Positions 1 to 13,085 of a stretch of 64,000 nt of DNA are shown here, in pieces. Both the position numbers and the translations under genes were made by a program. Every line of letters begins with the position of its first letter. Positions within the stretch are counted from its first letter, which is position 1. Source of the stretch: Neoconidiobolus thromboides FSU 785 (taxonomy: Eukaryota > Fungi > Entomophthoromycota). The DNA lies in assembly GCA_025603075.1 (NCBI GenBank), contig MU626333.1:1-64000 (forward strand), in the 5' to 3' direction. Below the pieces are notes generated by a model that searched no databases, was not told where the DNA came from, and saw only the letters and a program-made list of their open reading frames with translations.

Positions 1-198
1 TTTATAAGAACATGTATTTAAGATCTAGTAGAAATTCAACTAACTTACAGTATGAGCTATAATAGAATGATTTAGAACTGTGTCTGGGTACTTTTGTTTT
101 AATAAAAGGTATGATTTTATGGAATTTTAAGCGAAGTTTTTAAAATACAAAATTTTTCGAAAATTGGATAAAATAATGAAACTAATTCAGACAGCCCC
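1..198 (+). mobile_element. Right end of a Sola-like TIR transposon copy, truncated by the window start
   Basis: Aligns by eye with 49700-49848 and with the reverse complement of 22548-22745. Ends GACAGCCCC followed by ATAT. Confidence 0.8.
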
Positions 199-1858
199 AT
201 ATATTAAATCTATATCAAAACGATAATTGAACTCTCTAAAAAATAACAATATGCCTATTAAATTATGATCCTTCATTGAAATAAAATTTATTGATTTTTA
301 TATTAAATTTATTAGTTAATTTCAAATCTTTTATAAATTTTATAAATTTTTTGAAACTTTTAACATTAATGAAAAGGTAATATTATAGTGAAAATCAAAA
401 TTATTAAAAAACTAATAATATCATACTATATTTTCTATTATAACAATAATTTTTGTAATAATGCAAAAATTCCATATATTAAAATCTAAATAAATGTGAG
501 ATTTTATTAACAATTTATAATTTAATAAATTAGATCTCATTTTAATAGACTAGGTATGTGATTACTTCCTTATTGGATATATACAACCAGTTGAATTATC
601 ATCTCGCTTTGTTGGTCTGTAATGAAATCATTCTAAAACCTCTCCACAGAATCTCATTTTAAAGGCAAAATAATTACCACTCTATATTAAAGCTCGTTTT
701 AAGAGGCAGGGTTTCAAATTAATAGATAGTGGTTATATTGTATGGAATCTGTTAATTTGAAAATTGATTTTTTTTAGTCTGTAACAAAACGCTATACCAA
801 TGTAATAAGTTTAAAGTTTTATGTGTATTAATTATAGCCTAAGATTATATTTATGTAAAAAGATTTCTATACTATAGTACTAACTGCTTTATTATACCTT
901 TAGTTTATTTTACAGTAATTAATAGGGTAATTCCTTTTTATATTCTCAAAGTACTCACTTAATTTAAGGCTCGGAATGTATATTGATAAGATGCATGAGT
1001 TATATTCATATAAAAAAACTTGAATAATGATTTTTTGTTTCTTTTTTTGTTTCTTTTTTTTGCTTTTGCTTTTGAACTTTTTGCTCACTCTCATAGAAAT
1101 TTTCTAAAAAGTCGAAATCCTTAAAATATTGTATACAAATTATTATCCAATAGAAAAAAAGTCATATCTTTATGAAAAAGATCTATAAATAACTTTATTT
1201 GCTGTTTGAATTTAATTTTTAATTTAGAAACTAAAATATCATGTATTTATTTGATTATTAAACACAATTCATATCGATTTTAAATAGATTGATAGGAAAT
1301 AAATGATACGTAATAAATCTATACAATTCCGAAGTCTTATTATTTTGATGATTTGTGACGCTTCTCACTATAAAATTTGTCTTGATAAAAACTGATTTTT
1401 TATAGGCCCAAAAGCTGAATACAATGATCCCTATCATTCTTAAAATATGCTCTCTCCAATGACAAAATTAATTAAAAGTTAATATTATGATTATTCTTAT
1501 AAATTTAATTTTAACAACACATGTGAGGAGTAAGCTCTAAAATAGTGTAAATTTTCTGCGCTAAAAATATAGTTGATTACAAAATTCAGTATCAGAGCGC
1601 ATTTAACTAAAAAGAGGGGTCTTTTTTTAAATAATAAATTATATTAATAAGGTTTGATAAATAGTTTGCGTCATATTATTATAATATCATCATACATCTA
1701 TCAATTATTTATTAATAGTTGATAATTACATAAAATATAGAATAAGGGGATACATAATAGAAAGAGGCATGAAATAATTATCTTTAAATTTTAATATAAT
1801 TTATTAATTATATGTATTTAGTAATACATATTCCAAAAAGAAAGTGGTCATACTTTAA

Positions 1859-2082
1859 TTTACCAAATTTGGAGCCCTCCGAAGAACATAAGGTCCTAAA
1901 TTTTCTTTTTTGAAATTGTATGAATTTTATTACATAATAAATTGAACCATGGAATGATTTACCAAATTTGGAGCCCTCCGAAAAAAGAATTTACTTTAAA
2001 TTTAATTTTATAAAAGTTTTATAGTTTTATTTGACAAAGACATCCAACTTGCTGTAATTTGCCAAATTAAGTGCCCACCGAG
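1859..2082 (+). repeat. Three ~25-bp direct repeats at 99-100 bp period
   Basis: TTTACCAAATTTGGAGCCCTCCGAA at 1859 and 1958 (identical); degenerate TTTGCCAAATTAAGTGCCCACCGAG at 2058. Confidence 0.75.
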
Positions 2083-3213
2083 AGGGTAGCATTACTAAAC
2101 TTTATTTATATAAAAGGCTATCAATCCGATACTCTATTTTTATTGTCCGCACTTTTTTAACATTCACTTTTGGAATTTTAATCATTCCTTTTATTGTAAT
2201 TAAAAAAGAATAAAAACCCAAATTGTTTTTGAAAATCCATGGGTAAAAGGTTGATAAAATTTAGACATTACATCGACAACCGTTATAGCTTAACATATAT
2301 AATATCGTATGTATGAGTTATAATATTGCTATAAAAAGCAATAAAATACCAAGTCACAGTTCTTAGTATAAAACATATAACCTACAAAATGATTTTTAAC
2401 TTACATGGGAAAATTTGAATTTGCTATGATATTTTTTATATGACTAGTATTAAAATTTTGTCATCTTAAGATATAAATAGTGATCTAGAACTATTCATTT
2501 ATCTTCAGGTGAAATTTTAAGATATTAAGAAAATTCGATATTTGCTTCAAAACGCTTTGTCTGTTTAAAAAGATATATCAGTTAAAACTGTTAATCAGTT
2601 TATTGAAATGACTGCAAGTGATTTTTTTGATCTTTAAATCAAATATACTTATCCTACTTTACTTGTTTTTTTACTCGATATAAAAGAGTATCATTATAAA
2701 AATTTGTGATTATGTAAAGCATTTCGTGTTTTGCATAATTTGTAGTTCTAAGCTCAATTTTAAATTCCATTAAATTGTACTAATTTATGCAAAACTATCA
2801 ATGTAATTTAAGTTTTATTTCCAAATATTTCTTTCAATAGTCTTTTTAAGCTTATTGATTTATTATGTTCATTCTTTTAGTAACACTTTAACTTTATACA
2901 AATCAGTTTTAGGTATTTAGTTATTTGTCCCACAACTAGGATCAAAATTTATTAACCACCAGTATTAGCTAAGCAATTGATAAAGTGGTACAAGTTTATT
3001 TTTCTAAAAAACAATGATTTCATAATTAGCAAGCATGGATTTAAATTACTTTAAAGTCAGCCAATCATCTTGTTAACTGATTTTAAAAAATGAGGTTAGT
3101 ATTAATTTAACAATATAATGAAAAAAAAGTAATAACTAAAGATTATAATAAATTTTAAACAGTAAATACATTTATTAATTCCAAAAGATAAAAGAGATTT
3201 AAATAACTAGCAC

Positions 3214-3846
3214 TCATTCATTGAGCTTACAATCCACATGTGAAGCCAAAATCATTTTGATATTTAAAATTTCATTTTTAAGTTCACTTATTTTATCTGA
3301 CAATATATGGTTTTCATTTTCTATTCTCTTTACTTCTTCTTCCCTCATCAAAAGCCATTCCTTCTTCTTTTGGCGACATTTAGCTGCTGACTTACGGTTC
3401 CTTGCTTTTAAAAGTTCATGTTGTGATTCATAACTGTTATCGTCATTCAATAATGTTACAGACGATTGCGAAGTGATACTTCCATTTCTCTTCTTGTTAT
3501 ATGAAATCCTCCTCGGAAGCTTTATAAGGGATTTAAAACTTTCTTCAAATGGGTTCGGTTCTGAGCCTTTCACTACTTTTGATTTAAAACTAGCTTCAAA
3601 AGGATTTATTTCGTATTCTTTTGTCCTAGAAGATATCTCGGAGAAAAGAGACATGGTAGAATCTGAAGCCTCGGTGCTTATTGGCAGACATTCTGGTTCA
3701 TCGTAAATAGGGTGATTAAAATTAATTACATTGGGTTCATTCTTTATCATATAGTGAAGACCCATGGTACTACTATCAATGCTACTGCTATCAGGATAAA
3801 ATAAATAGCTCTCTTCTGGAACGAGTGAGCAAATGTTTTCAGTCAT
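3214..3846 (-). CDS. ATF/CREB-family bZIP transcription factor, paralog 1 (210 aa)
   Basis: Basic region RNRKSAAKCRQKKKEW (N-x7-R) followed by a leucine zipper. Two NPFExSF motifs like those of fungal Atf1/Aft1 proteins. Confidence 0.9.
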   Translation of the reverse strand: MTENICSLVPEESYLFYPDSSSIDSSTMGLHYMIKNEPNVINFNHPIYDEPECLPISTEASDSTMSLFSEISSRTKEYEINPFEASFKSKVVKGSEPNPFEESFKSLIKLPRRISYNKKRNGSITSQSSVTLLNDDNSYESQHELLKARNRKSAAKCRQKKKEWLLMREEEVKRIENENHILSDKISELKNEILNIKMILASHVDCKLNE

Positions 3847-6800
3847 TTTGATGGTTTCAAATTGGTTTCTCTAAATTTCCATATTGCTCCTTAAATACTT
3901 TTCGTTTTTATTCAAATAAATTCCAGATTAGCTTAATGAATAAAGTTATCTCTATGATATCATACGACATTTATAGTATACACTCCTTTAGGTTTTAATT
4001 TGGTATTTTATATATTCTGTTAACATTTTAAAGTAAAAACAATTATTTACTTGATTAATTTGATTGATTATTATATAGTATTAAAAAATAACATAATTAA
4101 CTCGACTTCATCATTTATCTATTTGTGTGTATGTATACATGATATATAGTATATCTTGTATTATACATAATAACTTATTATAATATAATGGAATAAATTT
4201 ATAGACTGTCAGTAATAGTCGATCTTGATATAAACTATAGCATTTTAGGACCTTGGAGAAGATTCTGGGCTCCTCGGAGTTAGGATATACATCTTATTAT
4301 AGCACAAAATTGGATTTTTTTTAACAAATGAAATTCTGAAGTTCGTTTTTACCACATGATCACGCGTATGATTGAGTTTTAATTCAGGTATAAAATGGAT
4401 TTAAATACAAAATCGTTAAGCTTATCCTCTTAAATAGGATGTGGAAAATTAGGGTGATAAAAATAAAAGGATATGTGAAAATGGTGAAAAGCAGGTTAAC
4501 GTAATTATTATGCTCAAAGTATGAAGCTGTTTTTGTATAACATACTTTAAGGGATTTTAAGAATTAATTGATTTCTTTGTTTATTGGTACAAATAATAAA
4601 GTTTGTTTTTAAAACAAATATTTTTAAGCTAAATGATGTTTAATAAATATATTATTTTGTTCTATTTTTAAAGATTGGCTGTTAAGAAAATAAATGATTA
4701 AATAATTAGAGAAATCATGTAACCTTAATATTTTAATATCTTGGTTTTAAAAGTTGGAATCCTAGCCAACTATTTATTTTAAACGCAAAACCATGGAGAC
4801 TAATTTTATAAAAAGTAATGTTACATCGTGGTGCCATTTTAGTTAAGTCGGAGTCTGAAATACAGACGCCACTAGATGATAATATAATAGAGCAAGTAAT
4901 AGCACAATTCAATCAGATCGATCTCTGCGATTTTAACGTTGCTTCTTTTTTCTCGATCTTGATACCCTCTCAAAGAAATTTTGTAGCAATTTTACATTAA
5001 AAAGTTATGCTATGAAATGCATGTTTTCAAGCATAATATAGTAAAGCGGTGTTATATGAAACTATAAAATAGTGGGCCTATATCTAAATTCTAGTAAACA
5101 GAATATAAATATTTTGATTATGTTTAAAGAGTACTCAATAAATCAATCTATAGAATCCCAATTACCGATCACTGGTTTTTGTCATATAACACATGTATCT
5201 TTTTTAATTTTATAATTTATTTTACTAGTTTAAAATTAGTATCTATAGTTAATTTCTCCCCACTTTATTAACTCAAAATTAGTCCTTCTACATTTTCCTC
5301 TTTTTTACTAACAATGTCCTTTAACACCCCTCCTAAATAGGATCCCTGAATTCACTTAATAAAGTCGCACTTTTATTTCATTACTTTGGGGGTATTTATT
5401 ATTATTTTTTCTATAATAATAGTAATGATATGAATTAAGTATTTAACTGTTTGATGATGTTTGTCTATTAATTTATGTACAAAAATCTATTTATTTTTAT
5501 TTCATATTCTATTCTATTAACTTATATATCAAATTTAAATTTTAATTAAATATAATATTTTCTTCAGAAACTCAAAAGCTTAATTATAAATTAATTCAAA
5601 TTGGTCAAAATAAGCCATTTTTAGACAATAATTATGAAATCATAGATAAAAGATCAACTTCCTTAACCAACTTTTTGTATATTTTTAATAAACAATAAAT
5701 AGACTTATAGCTTAAATGAAATAACACGATGTTGGTAACTTATGTGATTTATTTAATTAGATATATCATTTTGAGACCAAGTCTTACTCAAAGTTTCTTA
5801 AACCCATTTCGAAGGGTTCGTAAAATTAAAAATTAAGCACCCTTAATAGTCCTTTCACGGAGCAGCCCTTAAATAGAAATTAATTTGAGGTTAAAAATAA
5901 AATTAATACTTTAATTTTGGTAGAATGCTGACTATAATTACTATTTAAAATAACGCAATTTTTGGTTTATAATATTTCAACTGCTATTTTAATCAGATTT
6001 TCTTGTTTAAAGAAGCGTTCATATCTTTTGGAAATATATATAACTTTGAAGGTTTAAAATTGCATGCGAAAAATTGATAAAAAACCAAAAATACTAGATA
6101 ATATTTGTGGTATCTTATTTAGTATCTTACCTGTAATTGTATATTTATCGGAGTTTTGTGATTTTTCAAAAGGTACATGTTGGTAAAATTAGGCTAAAAA
6201 AAACTTCTACTTCTCAAAACCACTATCTAGAGTTTACTAAAAGATCGCTTTGTAGAAAAGGCACATGAAAGCTAGCTATCTTTGAAAGTTGAGTTTATAA
6301 AGTTATATGTTTCATTTTACACATTGCTTACTTATTTAATTTTAAAGTTAAACATATTAAAGTCAAAATAATTTCCTAATAAGTTTATAGTCAATGCTAA
6401 AATTCACTCTTACAATTTTTAAACAAAATTAGCTGAATCTCAATTTTGATTATCTTGAAATTAACAAAATTTGATTAAAAAGCGCAATGAGATTTTTTGT
6501 TAGTTTAAAGCTAACATGAAAATTATTTCAATATTAGCTGTCTTAATAATTAATATATAAAGCTGATATATGATCGTTAAATAATTAATATAAAGTTTGA
6601 TTTCATAGTTACTATTAGCCTTTAAATAAGATATCGGATCAAAGTTTAAATTAGATTTACTGTGAAACTGTTTTTTATATGAATCTATATAAATTTATAA
6701 TCATTAGTGCACATCAATAATTAAAACAAACTTTATAAGAATAGATTCAGTCAACTTTTAGAGGCTAAATTGTATTATTATATTTACTATGAATTTATAA

Positions 6801-7597
6801 TACTCAAGGAAAGTGATTGATTTACTTCTATTGAATAAAGTATATGAAATAATAATTAATTGGTTTGGTGACAAAAATAAACCCTAGGAAGCTTATAATA
6901 ATGAAAAAATAATACTAACAACAAAATGATATATAACAGCTAATGAAGGGGCCTTAAATCGAAATTTTATAAGAGAAATTTCGATCTCGATGACTTTTTT
7001 TTATTAATTATTTATTTAAAGATTGTGTAAATTAATAGATTTAGACTTTAAAATAAACCTTTCAATCGCAATTCCTTTAAACAAATAGTTTAATTTTAAA
7101 ATTTTGCATATAAAATTGATTTTATTAAAAGCATGTATTTCCTAACTCCGAATTTTTCGAAGTTTAGTTAATTAAAATTTTTAATAAAATTGATATATAT
7201 CAAGTATTAAGTGTATATTCAAAGAAAAAATCTATAGTCAATAACTGAAATAGTATTAGCTCAACAGAGCATAATAATTATTTATATTGCTTACAATAGC
7301 TATGTTACTTGGCTATGATATTATGTATTTCAAACTAAAACATTTTGAAAATGCTGAGATAAAATTTAAAAGCCTACAAATATAGTAATTTCTCTGCCAT
7401 CTTTTGATCGATCTGGATGGGTAAAAATCATAGAAATTTTGGGAAGGTATAAAAAATGGCTAATACTCTTGATTAAATTTTAATCATTGAAATCATTTAT
7501 TTTCCTTGACTAATCAGCTGTGCATAAAAAATAACAAACTAAAAAAGTATATAAAGAGCTTAACAGACCACTTTAATTTTAACTAATTTTTAAAAAC

Positions 7598-8113
7598 ATG
7601 GCTTCACAAGATATATATGGTGTCTTATTTAACACTCACAAAGAATATACCATGAATCAAATAATTTACGATGAGCCTGATACTATCTACAATTTTGAAA
7701 ATGGCTTCCATTTTATGCCCAAGTACTGTCATGATAACGTTTATCCATTCACGATTCCAATTGAAAATAACCCCTTTGACCAAAGCTTTGGCAATTTTTT
7801 ATATACTCAGGAATCTTCGTCACCCATTGAATATATGAATAAAACTGAATCTCCATACAGCTCATTCACTTCATCTAGTAGTAGCTCAACACAGGGGTCT
7901 GGAAAGCGTAGGCTAACAAAAAGCAATAGTAGCAGAAGTAATAAGAGCAGCAAAAGTAAGGAGAAGAGGAAAGAATGGTTAATAAAGAAAGAAGAAGAAA
8001 ACCAAACCATTGAAACTCAAAATAAATGTTTGGAAGAGCAAGTTGACTTACTAAAGAATGAAATTATTAATCTAAAAATGCTGTTAGCGAGCCACCAAGG
8101 CTGTAATTTCTAA
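7598..8113 (+). CDS. ATF-like bZIP paralog 2 with degenerate basic region (171 aa)
   Basis: NPFDQSF motif and zipper KEWLIKKEEENQ...LKNEIINLKMLLASHQGC homologous to the neighbours. Basic region reads SRSNKSSKSKEKRKEW, lacking N-x7-R. TATA-like GTATATAAAG ~50 bp upstream. Confidence 0.85.
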   Translation: MASQDIYGVLFNTHKEYTMNQIIYDEPDTIYNFENGFHFMPKYCHDNVYPFTIPIENNPFDQSFGNFLYTQESSSPIEYMNKTESPYSSFTSSSSSSTQGSGKRRLTKSNSSRSNKSSKSKEKRKEWLIKKEEENQTIETQNKCLEEQVDLLKNEIINLKMLLASHQGCNF

Positions 8114-8348
8114 TCTTTGAGTAGGAGAGGGTTCTAGTATATAGCTTCAAAGTACCATTTGGGTTTTAATGTATAAATTTATTTAATGCACCTTTATAAG
8201 TATCTATAAAAGGATGGCTTAGCTTTATTGAATAATGCAATAATAAAAATAATTGTTTAATTTTCGTATAATTTTTTAAGCTTTTTTGTTTATTTTTTAC
8301 TAAGGATAGGGATTAGTATTGAATGTAACAATCTATTAAATAGTATAT

Positions 8349-8445
8349 GGGGATGTTTTTTTTGGCTCAATTACTTTCCATTTTTTAAGCATTATTTGAG
8401 TGGAAAGATTGTTAATAAAATTCTTGAGCATAAAAATAGGTCCCC
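8349..8445 (+). mobile_element. ~98-bp MITE copy
   Basis: GGGGATGT...AGGTCCCC with the family core (atttgagtggaaagattgtt). Flanks atat/actt. A second CCCC+ATAT end at 8575 could mean a longer derivative. Confidence 0.75.
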
Positions 8446-11359
8446 ACTTATAAAAGCAATAAATTCACCATCATAATTTTATGGCTTTTCCCAATGCTAA
8501 TCTTTTCACAATTTGATTAAATTTTTTCAGCCTAAAACCTTGAAAATGATCCTATTCTTAAAGCTTTAAGTCCCCATATTCGCAAACTAAATAGTAACTT
8601 TAAAATAAGTTAAGCATTTGGTAGTAGGCCAACATAACAATGAAAGTTATTGGTTATAAATATTATTGCTAATTAGAATATAATTAAACTTAAATAGCTG
8701 TAATGTCAACATGTTAAATCTTTATGAAGGTTTTAAAATTATTATTGAAGGTTTCGTTGGAGATTTGATTAGGTAAATTTAGAGGAGTCTAGATTAGGAT
8801 TTAGGATCTAGGAGATATTTGGAATTTATTCAGAGATCGATAAAATCTAGCTTTATATTGATATTCTGAAAAGTAAGCATAAGTATATATCACTATTATT
8901 AAATTCTATTACTCAATTTACATCAACCATCAAACTATATTTGTATACAGATATTAATAAATAATTTGTATCCACACAATCCTCTAAAAAATCTCTACCA
9001 ACTATAAGGACGCTTGAATGGCCTAAATTCCTATTTCGTAGACAGTTATTGAGCACAAATATAGAATTATTATAAATGAACATGCTATGGATTTTCATTT
9101 TATCTAACTCAGTATTTTTTAGAAAACTATAACAGCTTTAGACATTACATGTGCTTATTTACGAACTTTGGGTTCACCTTAAGATAAACATTGGCCTAAA
9201 TCTGTGTTGATAAATATAAGTACAAACAACCCCAATTTTATGTTGTAACTAATACTTATCGATTTAAACATCTAATTCAAGCCATGTAAAAACTTTCCAT
9301 TATTATGATCTAATAAAGATCTGGGAGAAAGTAAGGTATTTCATATTTATCAATTCATTCGATGTAATTAAATAGAACATATATTTTATGTTTAATTTAT
9401 AAAGTGTTTCCACACAAAAGTAGCTTAAAGTTAATGTTCTCTTATTAAAAATGATAGTTACTAATTCGTTAAAAGCTCCTGGTATCAAACTTTAATTCGA
9501 AGTAATATAAATAAAATAAAATAAAATAAAATGGAGTTATGATCATTATAAAAGATATAATTATAGAAAGTTAGTCTGAATGGACACATGTGAATCAAGA
9601 TAATCAAACACCCATTCTTAACGTTTATGATACTCATTTTGATTGTGGTATTGCCAGGTTTCCAATTTCTTCGGTATAATAATTTACTTAGTTAAATAAG
9701 CTTAGTTCAAACTGATTTTGTGAATTAATCAACCATAGTTCGTAAAATAAAAATTTATCCTCAATTAAAAAAGGGAAAGAAAAGGGGATAGAAATAAAAT
9801 TGCTTTTTCTCTAGATATGTATTGTATTAAAAAAAAGCTATTGTTAAGTGTTATTACATTATAAGCAATATATATCATACTTTTAATAAATCAAAATCAA
9901 TCTAAATATATAACATTGAATATGATAATAAATAAATTGACTCGAAAACTTCCTTACATATAATTATAAATACTAGTTACCTTATTCGCTAAATAGTTTA
10001 ATTCAGTGAGCACTTTAAATCAAACAGTATTAAAAAAATAATTAAGATGGTTTATCCGTAAGCGATGCATAATGTGATAATATAGTAAAGTTTAGCTTAA
10101 ACATTCAGAATTTAATAAATTCATCACAAAATAGAACCATATTGAATATTAGAAATAACTAAATAGCAGATAGGGATCTACACTTTAATTGTAAGTTGGG
10201 TTTTTTTTAATGATGTGTATTTTTTAATGATGTGTATTAAACCACAGGTGTAAGTGTAGAATTTTTATTTTAAAAAAGTAACCGCCTTGAAATTGGCTTA
10301 AAACAGTAGACATTAAACAAAAAGCAAAATATCGCTTGTATAGTTGAAAATAAAAAGTAAAATTATCTCTACTTGATATTGGGCTTCATAGAAAAAACTA
10401 AAATTTTTATGTAAAATGAAATACCTTGAATAGAATCAAAATTAAAATATATTTAGGGACATTGTTGGGGTTACATTAAATGACTTTAGTTCCATTAAAA
10501 AGATACTTCCGCGTAAAGTTAACTATTTAAAATTAGTATTATAAAGAATAGTTTTTAAATTTTTAATTTTTCAAAAGAGCCAATAGACTCCCGAGTATTT
10601 ATCTTGGGAAAAAAGGTAAAAAAAATAAATTAAAATAATATAGAGTAACAGAAGCTACACTTAAAATTTTAAGTTTTATAAGCTATTACTCATGATACTA
10701 TTTTGAAATTATCATTATTATATTATTATACTTATAATTACATTATTGTGTCCTGTTTCCCTTAAACATATGCATATTTTATCAATTTTAAATATAAGGA
10801 GTAAAGAGGTTAATTATATTTAAAGTATACAGGTAATTTTGCTTTGATAAATATGAAATCATGACAAGCTGAATATAAAATTATAGTTAAGTATTTGGTA
10901 TTTAATTAAGTTATAAGCGGAATAAGAATATTTATAGCATTTATATTAAAATTTAATACTTGATTTCTAATTTTATTATTTAAAAAGAACTAATGATTAA
11001 ATAAGCTATATATTTTAAGCAGATGTATATCCTATATCCTGAAGTTAATAAGTTACCATTTATAATATTCGCCACTTTAAAATGTTCGCATTTTAAAGGG
11101 ATGGCTTTAAAACCCATCCTAAAACAGAATGAACAAACCTCACATCAAATTATTAAACAGCCTGAGCTTTAATTAGTTAGAATACTTTAAAATTGAGATA
11201 CATGAAAAACTTGAATAGTAACTATTATTATAATGAAGGGAGAACATAGATAAAATAAATCTTCTAAGTTTTATAATGACTTTTATCCCATTAATTAATG
11301 GTCTCCTTTTAGAATATATATAAATAATATACTATTAAAATTTATCAACGAGCTTTACT

Positions 11360-11848
11360 ATGAGTTTTGACTTATCTAGCGCTACCCCGTTCATTGAAAA
11401 TAATAACCCAAGCTTAAATAACCTTAGACTATATTCAAAGCTACTCTATGATAGTACCTTGGAGAAGTATATTACATATAATAAAGAATATAAATATAAT
11501 AAGGAATATACAAATAATTGGAGCATGAATCCCAAATGGCTTAATACAGCAGATAATTATGATAGTCAATATAATTTTGGTTTTAAAGATTTATTGTCTC
11601 GTAATATGGATTTTAATTTCCATTACAATAATTACATACCAGTGGACTTCTACATGGATGCTGCTTTAGAAAGTAATATAGTAACGTGTAATATAAATCA
11701 TGTAAAGAAAGAGAGTTTGGTACGGAAACAACAAGCAAACCAGATCATTGAAGACCAAAATAAACGTTTAAAAGACCAAGTGGATTTCCTTAAGGATGAG
11801 ATTATTTATATTAAGATGCTTTTAGCATCTCAAAGTTGCAGTTTTTAA
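11360..11848 (+). CDS. Zipper-only bZIP paralog 3, basic region absent (162 aa)
   Basis: C-terminus KKESLVRKQQANQIIEDQNKRLKDQVDFLKDEIIYIKMLLASQSCSF aligns with the zippers of the other paralogs. The preceding NIVTCNINHV is not basic. Confidence 0.75.
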   Translation: MSFDLSSATPFIENNNPSLNNLRLYSKLLYDSTLEKYITYNKEYKYNKEYTNNWSMNPKWLNTADNYDSQYNFGFKDLLSRNMDFNFHYNNYIPVDFYMDAALESNIVTCNINHVKKESLVRKQQANQIIEDQNKRLKDQVDFLKDEIIYIKMLLASQSCSF

Positions 11849-12710
11849 GTCTGTACATTACAATATACATGTGTTATTAGTATTTAAATAAAAAATGTTG
11901 CTTAGGAATAAAATATTCTACGTTTACTAAGTTATTTTTAATAAAAATGATCTCTAAAGCATTTATGCTGCTATTAGTTTGTGATAGATCTTTTTCATTT
12001 AATATACATTTAAAATAAGGGTATAAATATCTATAATTAAATTACAATAGAGTAATTATTAAAATAGAAAGTATTATATAAAATAATGCACAAGCTGAAG
12101 TTAAATATTTAAAGATCAAATGGGATTCTTAATTAAGTGTAAAGATGAATAATATTAAATCATCAAGTAACCCCTATTTCGACTCAATACATTTTGATGT
12201 TTTTTTAAATAATTAAATCTATATAAATGGATATTAGGCCCTCAAAAACTCTAATGGCTTGGTTTTAAACGCTATTATATAATATTAAAATGTTAATTCG
12301 GTAAATTAAAAAATTTAAATTACTTATATTTTTTATTTCAAAGACAATAACTCATTTATTGACAACTAAGAGATAATAATATATATTACTTGGACTTTTA
12401 CTTTAGTTAAAATATTTTTAAAATGGTTTTCCCGTAACCTTAATCTGACTCTATTATAAATTTAATTGATATACAGAAAAGTAATTAAACATTTTAATTT
12501 AAGATTTAAAATTTTTATATTAATTTTTATATTGCAAAAATCATTCTTCACCAAAAAATTTAATCGAAAATATATCAGTACTCCCAAATCATCACCTAGA
12601 AAACACCATTTTCGGTTCATTATTTTGTCCACTAAGGAGCTTGAAATTAAAACATTACCCATAAAACTAAAAACATCTTAGGTAAAACTCCTTACAATCA
12701 AATAGCATAT

Positions 12711-12806
12711 GGAAATATTTTTTGATTTCACCAGTTTTTCTATTTTTAAGCGCTATTTGAGTGGAAAAATTGTTAGTAAAATTCTTAAATATAAAAATAT
12801 ATCCCC
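12711..12806 (+). mobile_element. ~98-bp MITE copy
   Basis: GGAAATAT...ATATCCCC with the family core. Confidence 0.8.
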
Positions 12807-12986
12807 CTGTATTAAAGTTATTTTATTATAAAAAACGTAAGAATAACAATTTATTATTGAATATGTAATTAGAACTTTGATTGATGACATTGATTTATTG
12901 TATATTGAAAATAAATAAAAAATATAAATCGATATTTTCTAATATCATAAAAATAATAACATAAGGCTATTTAAAACTTACTATAT

Positions 12987-13085
12987 GGGGATGTATTTTT
13001 GTGTTTAAGGATTTTACTAACAAATTTTCTGCTCAGATAGTACTTAAAAAATGGAGAAAGTAATGAAACCAAAAAAAACATCCTC
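12987..13085 (-). mobile_element. ~98-bp MITE copy
   Basis: GGGGATGT...ACATCCTC; TSD atat/atat. Confidence 0.9.

Noticed and set aside
1859-2082. CRISPR-like repeat-spacer pattern
   Set aside because: Eukaryotic context, only 3 units, ~75-bp spacers, no cas genes and no palindromic repeat. Kept only as a plain repeat.
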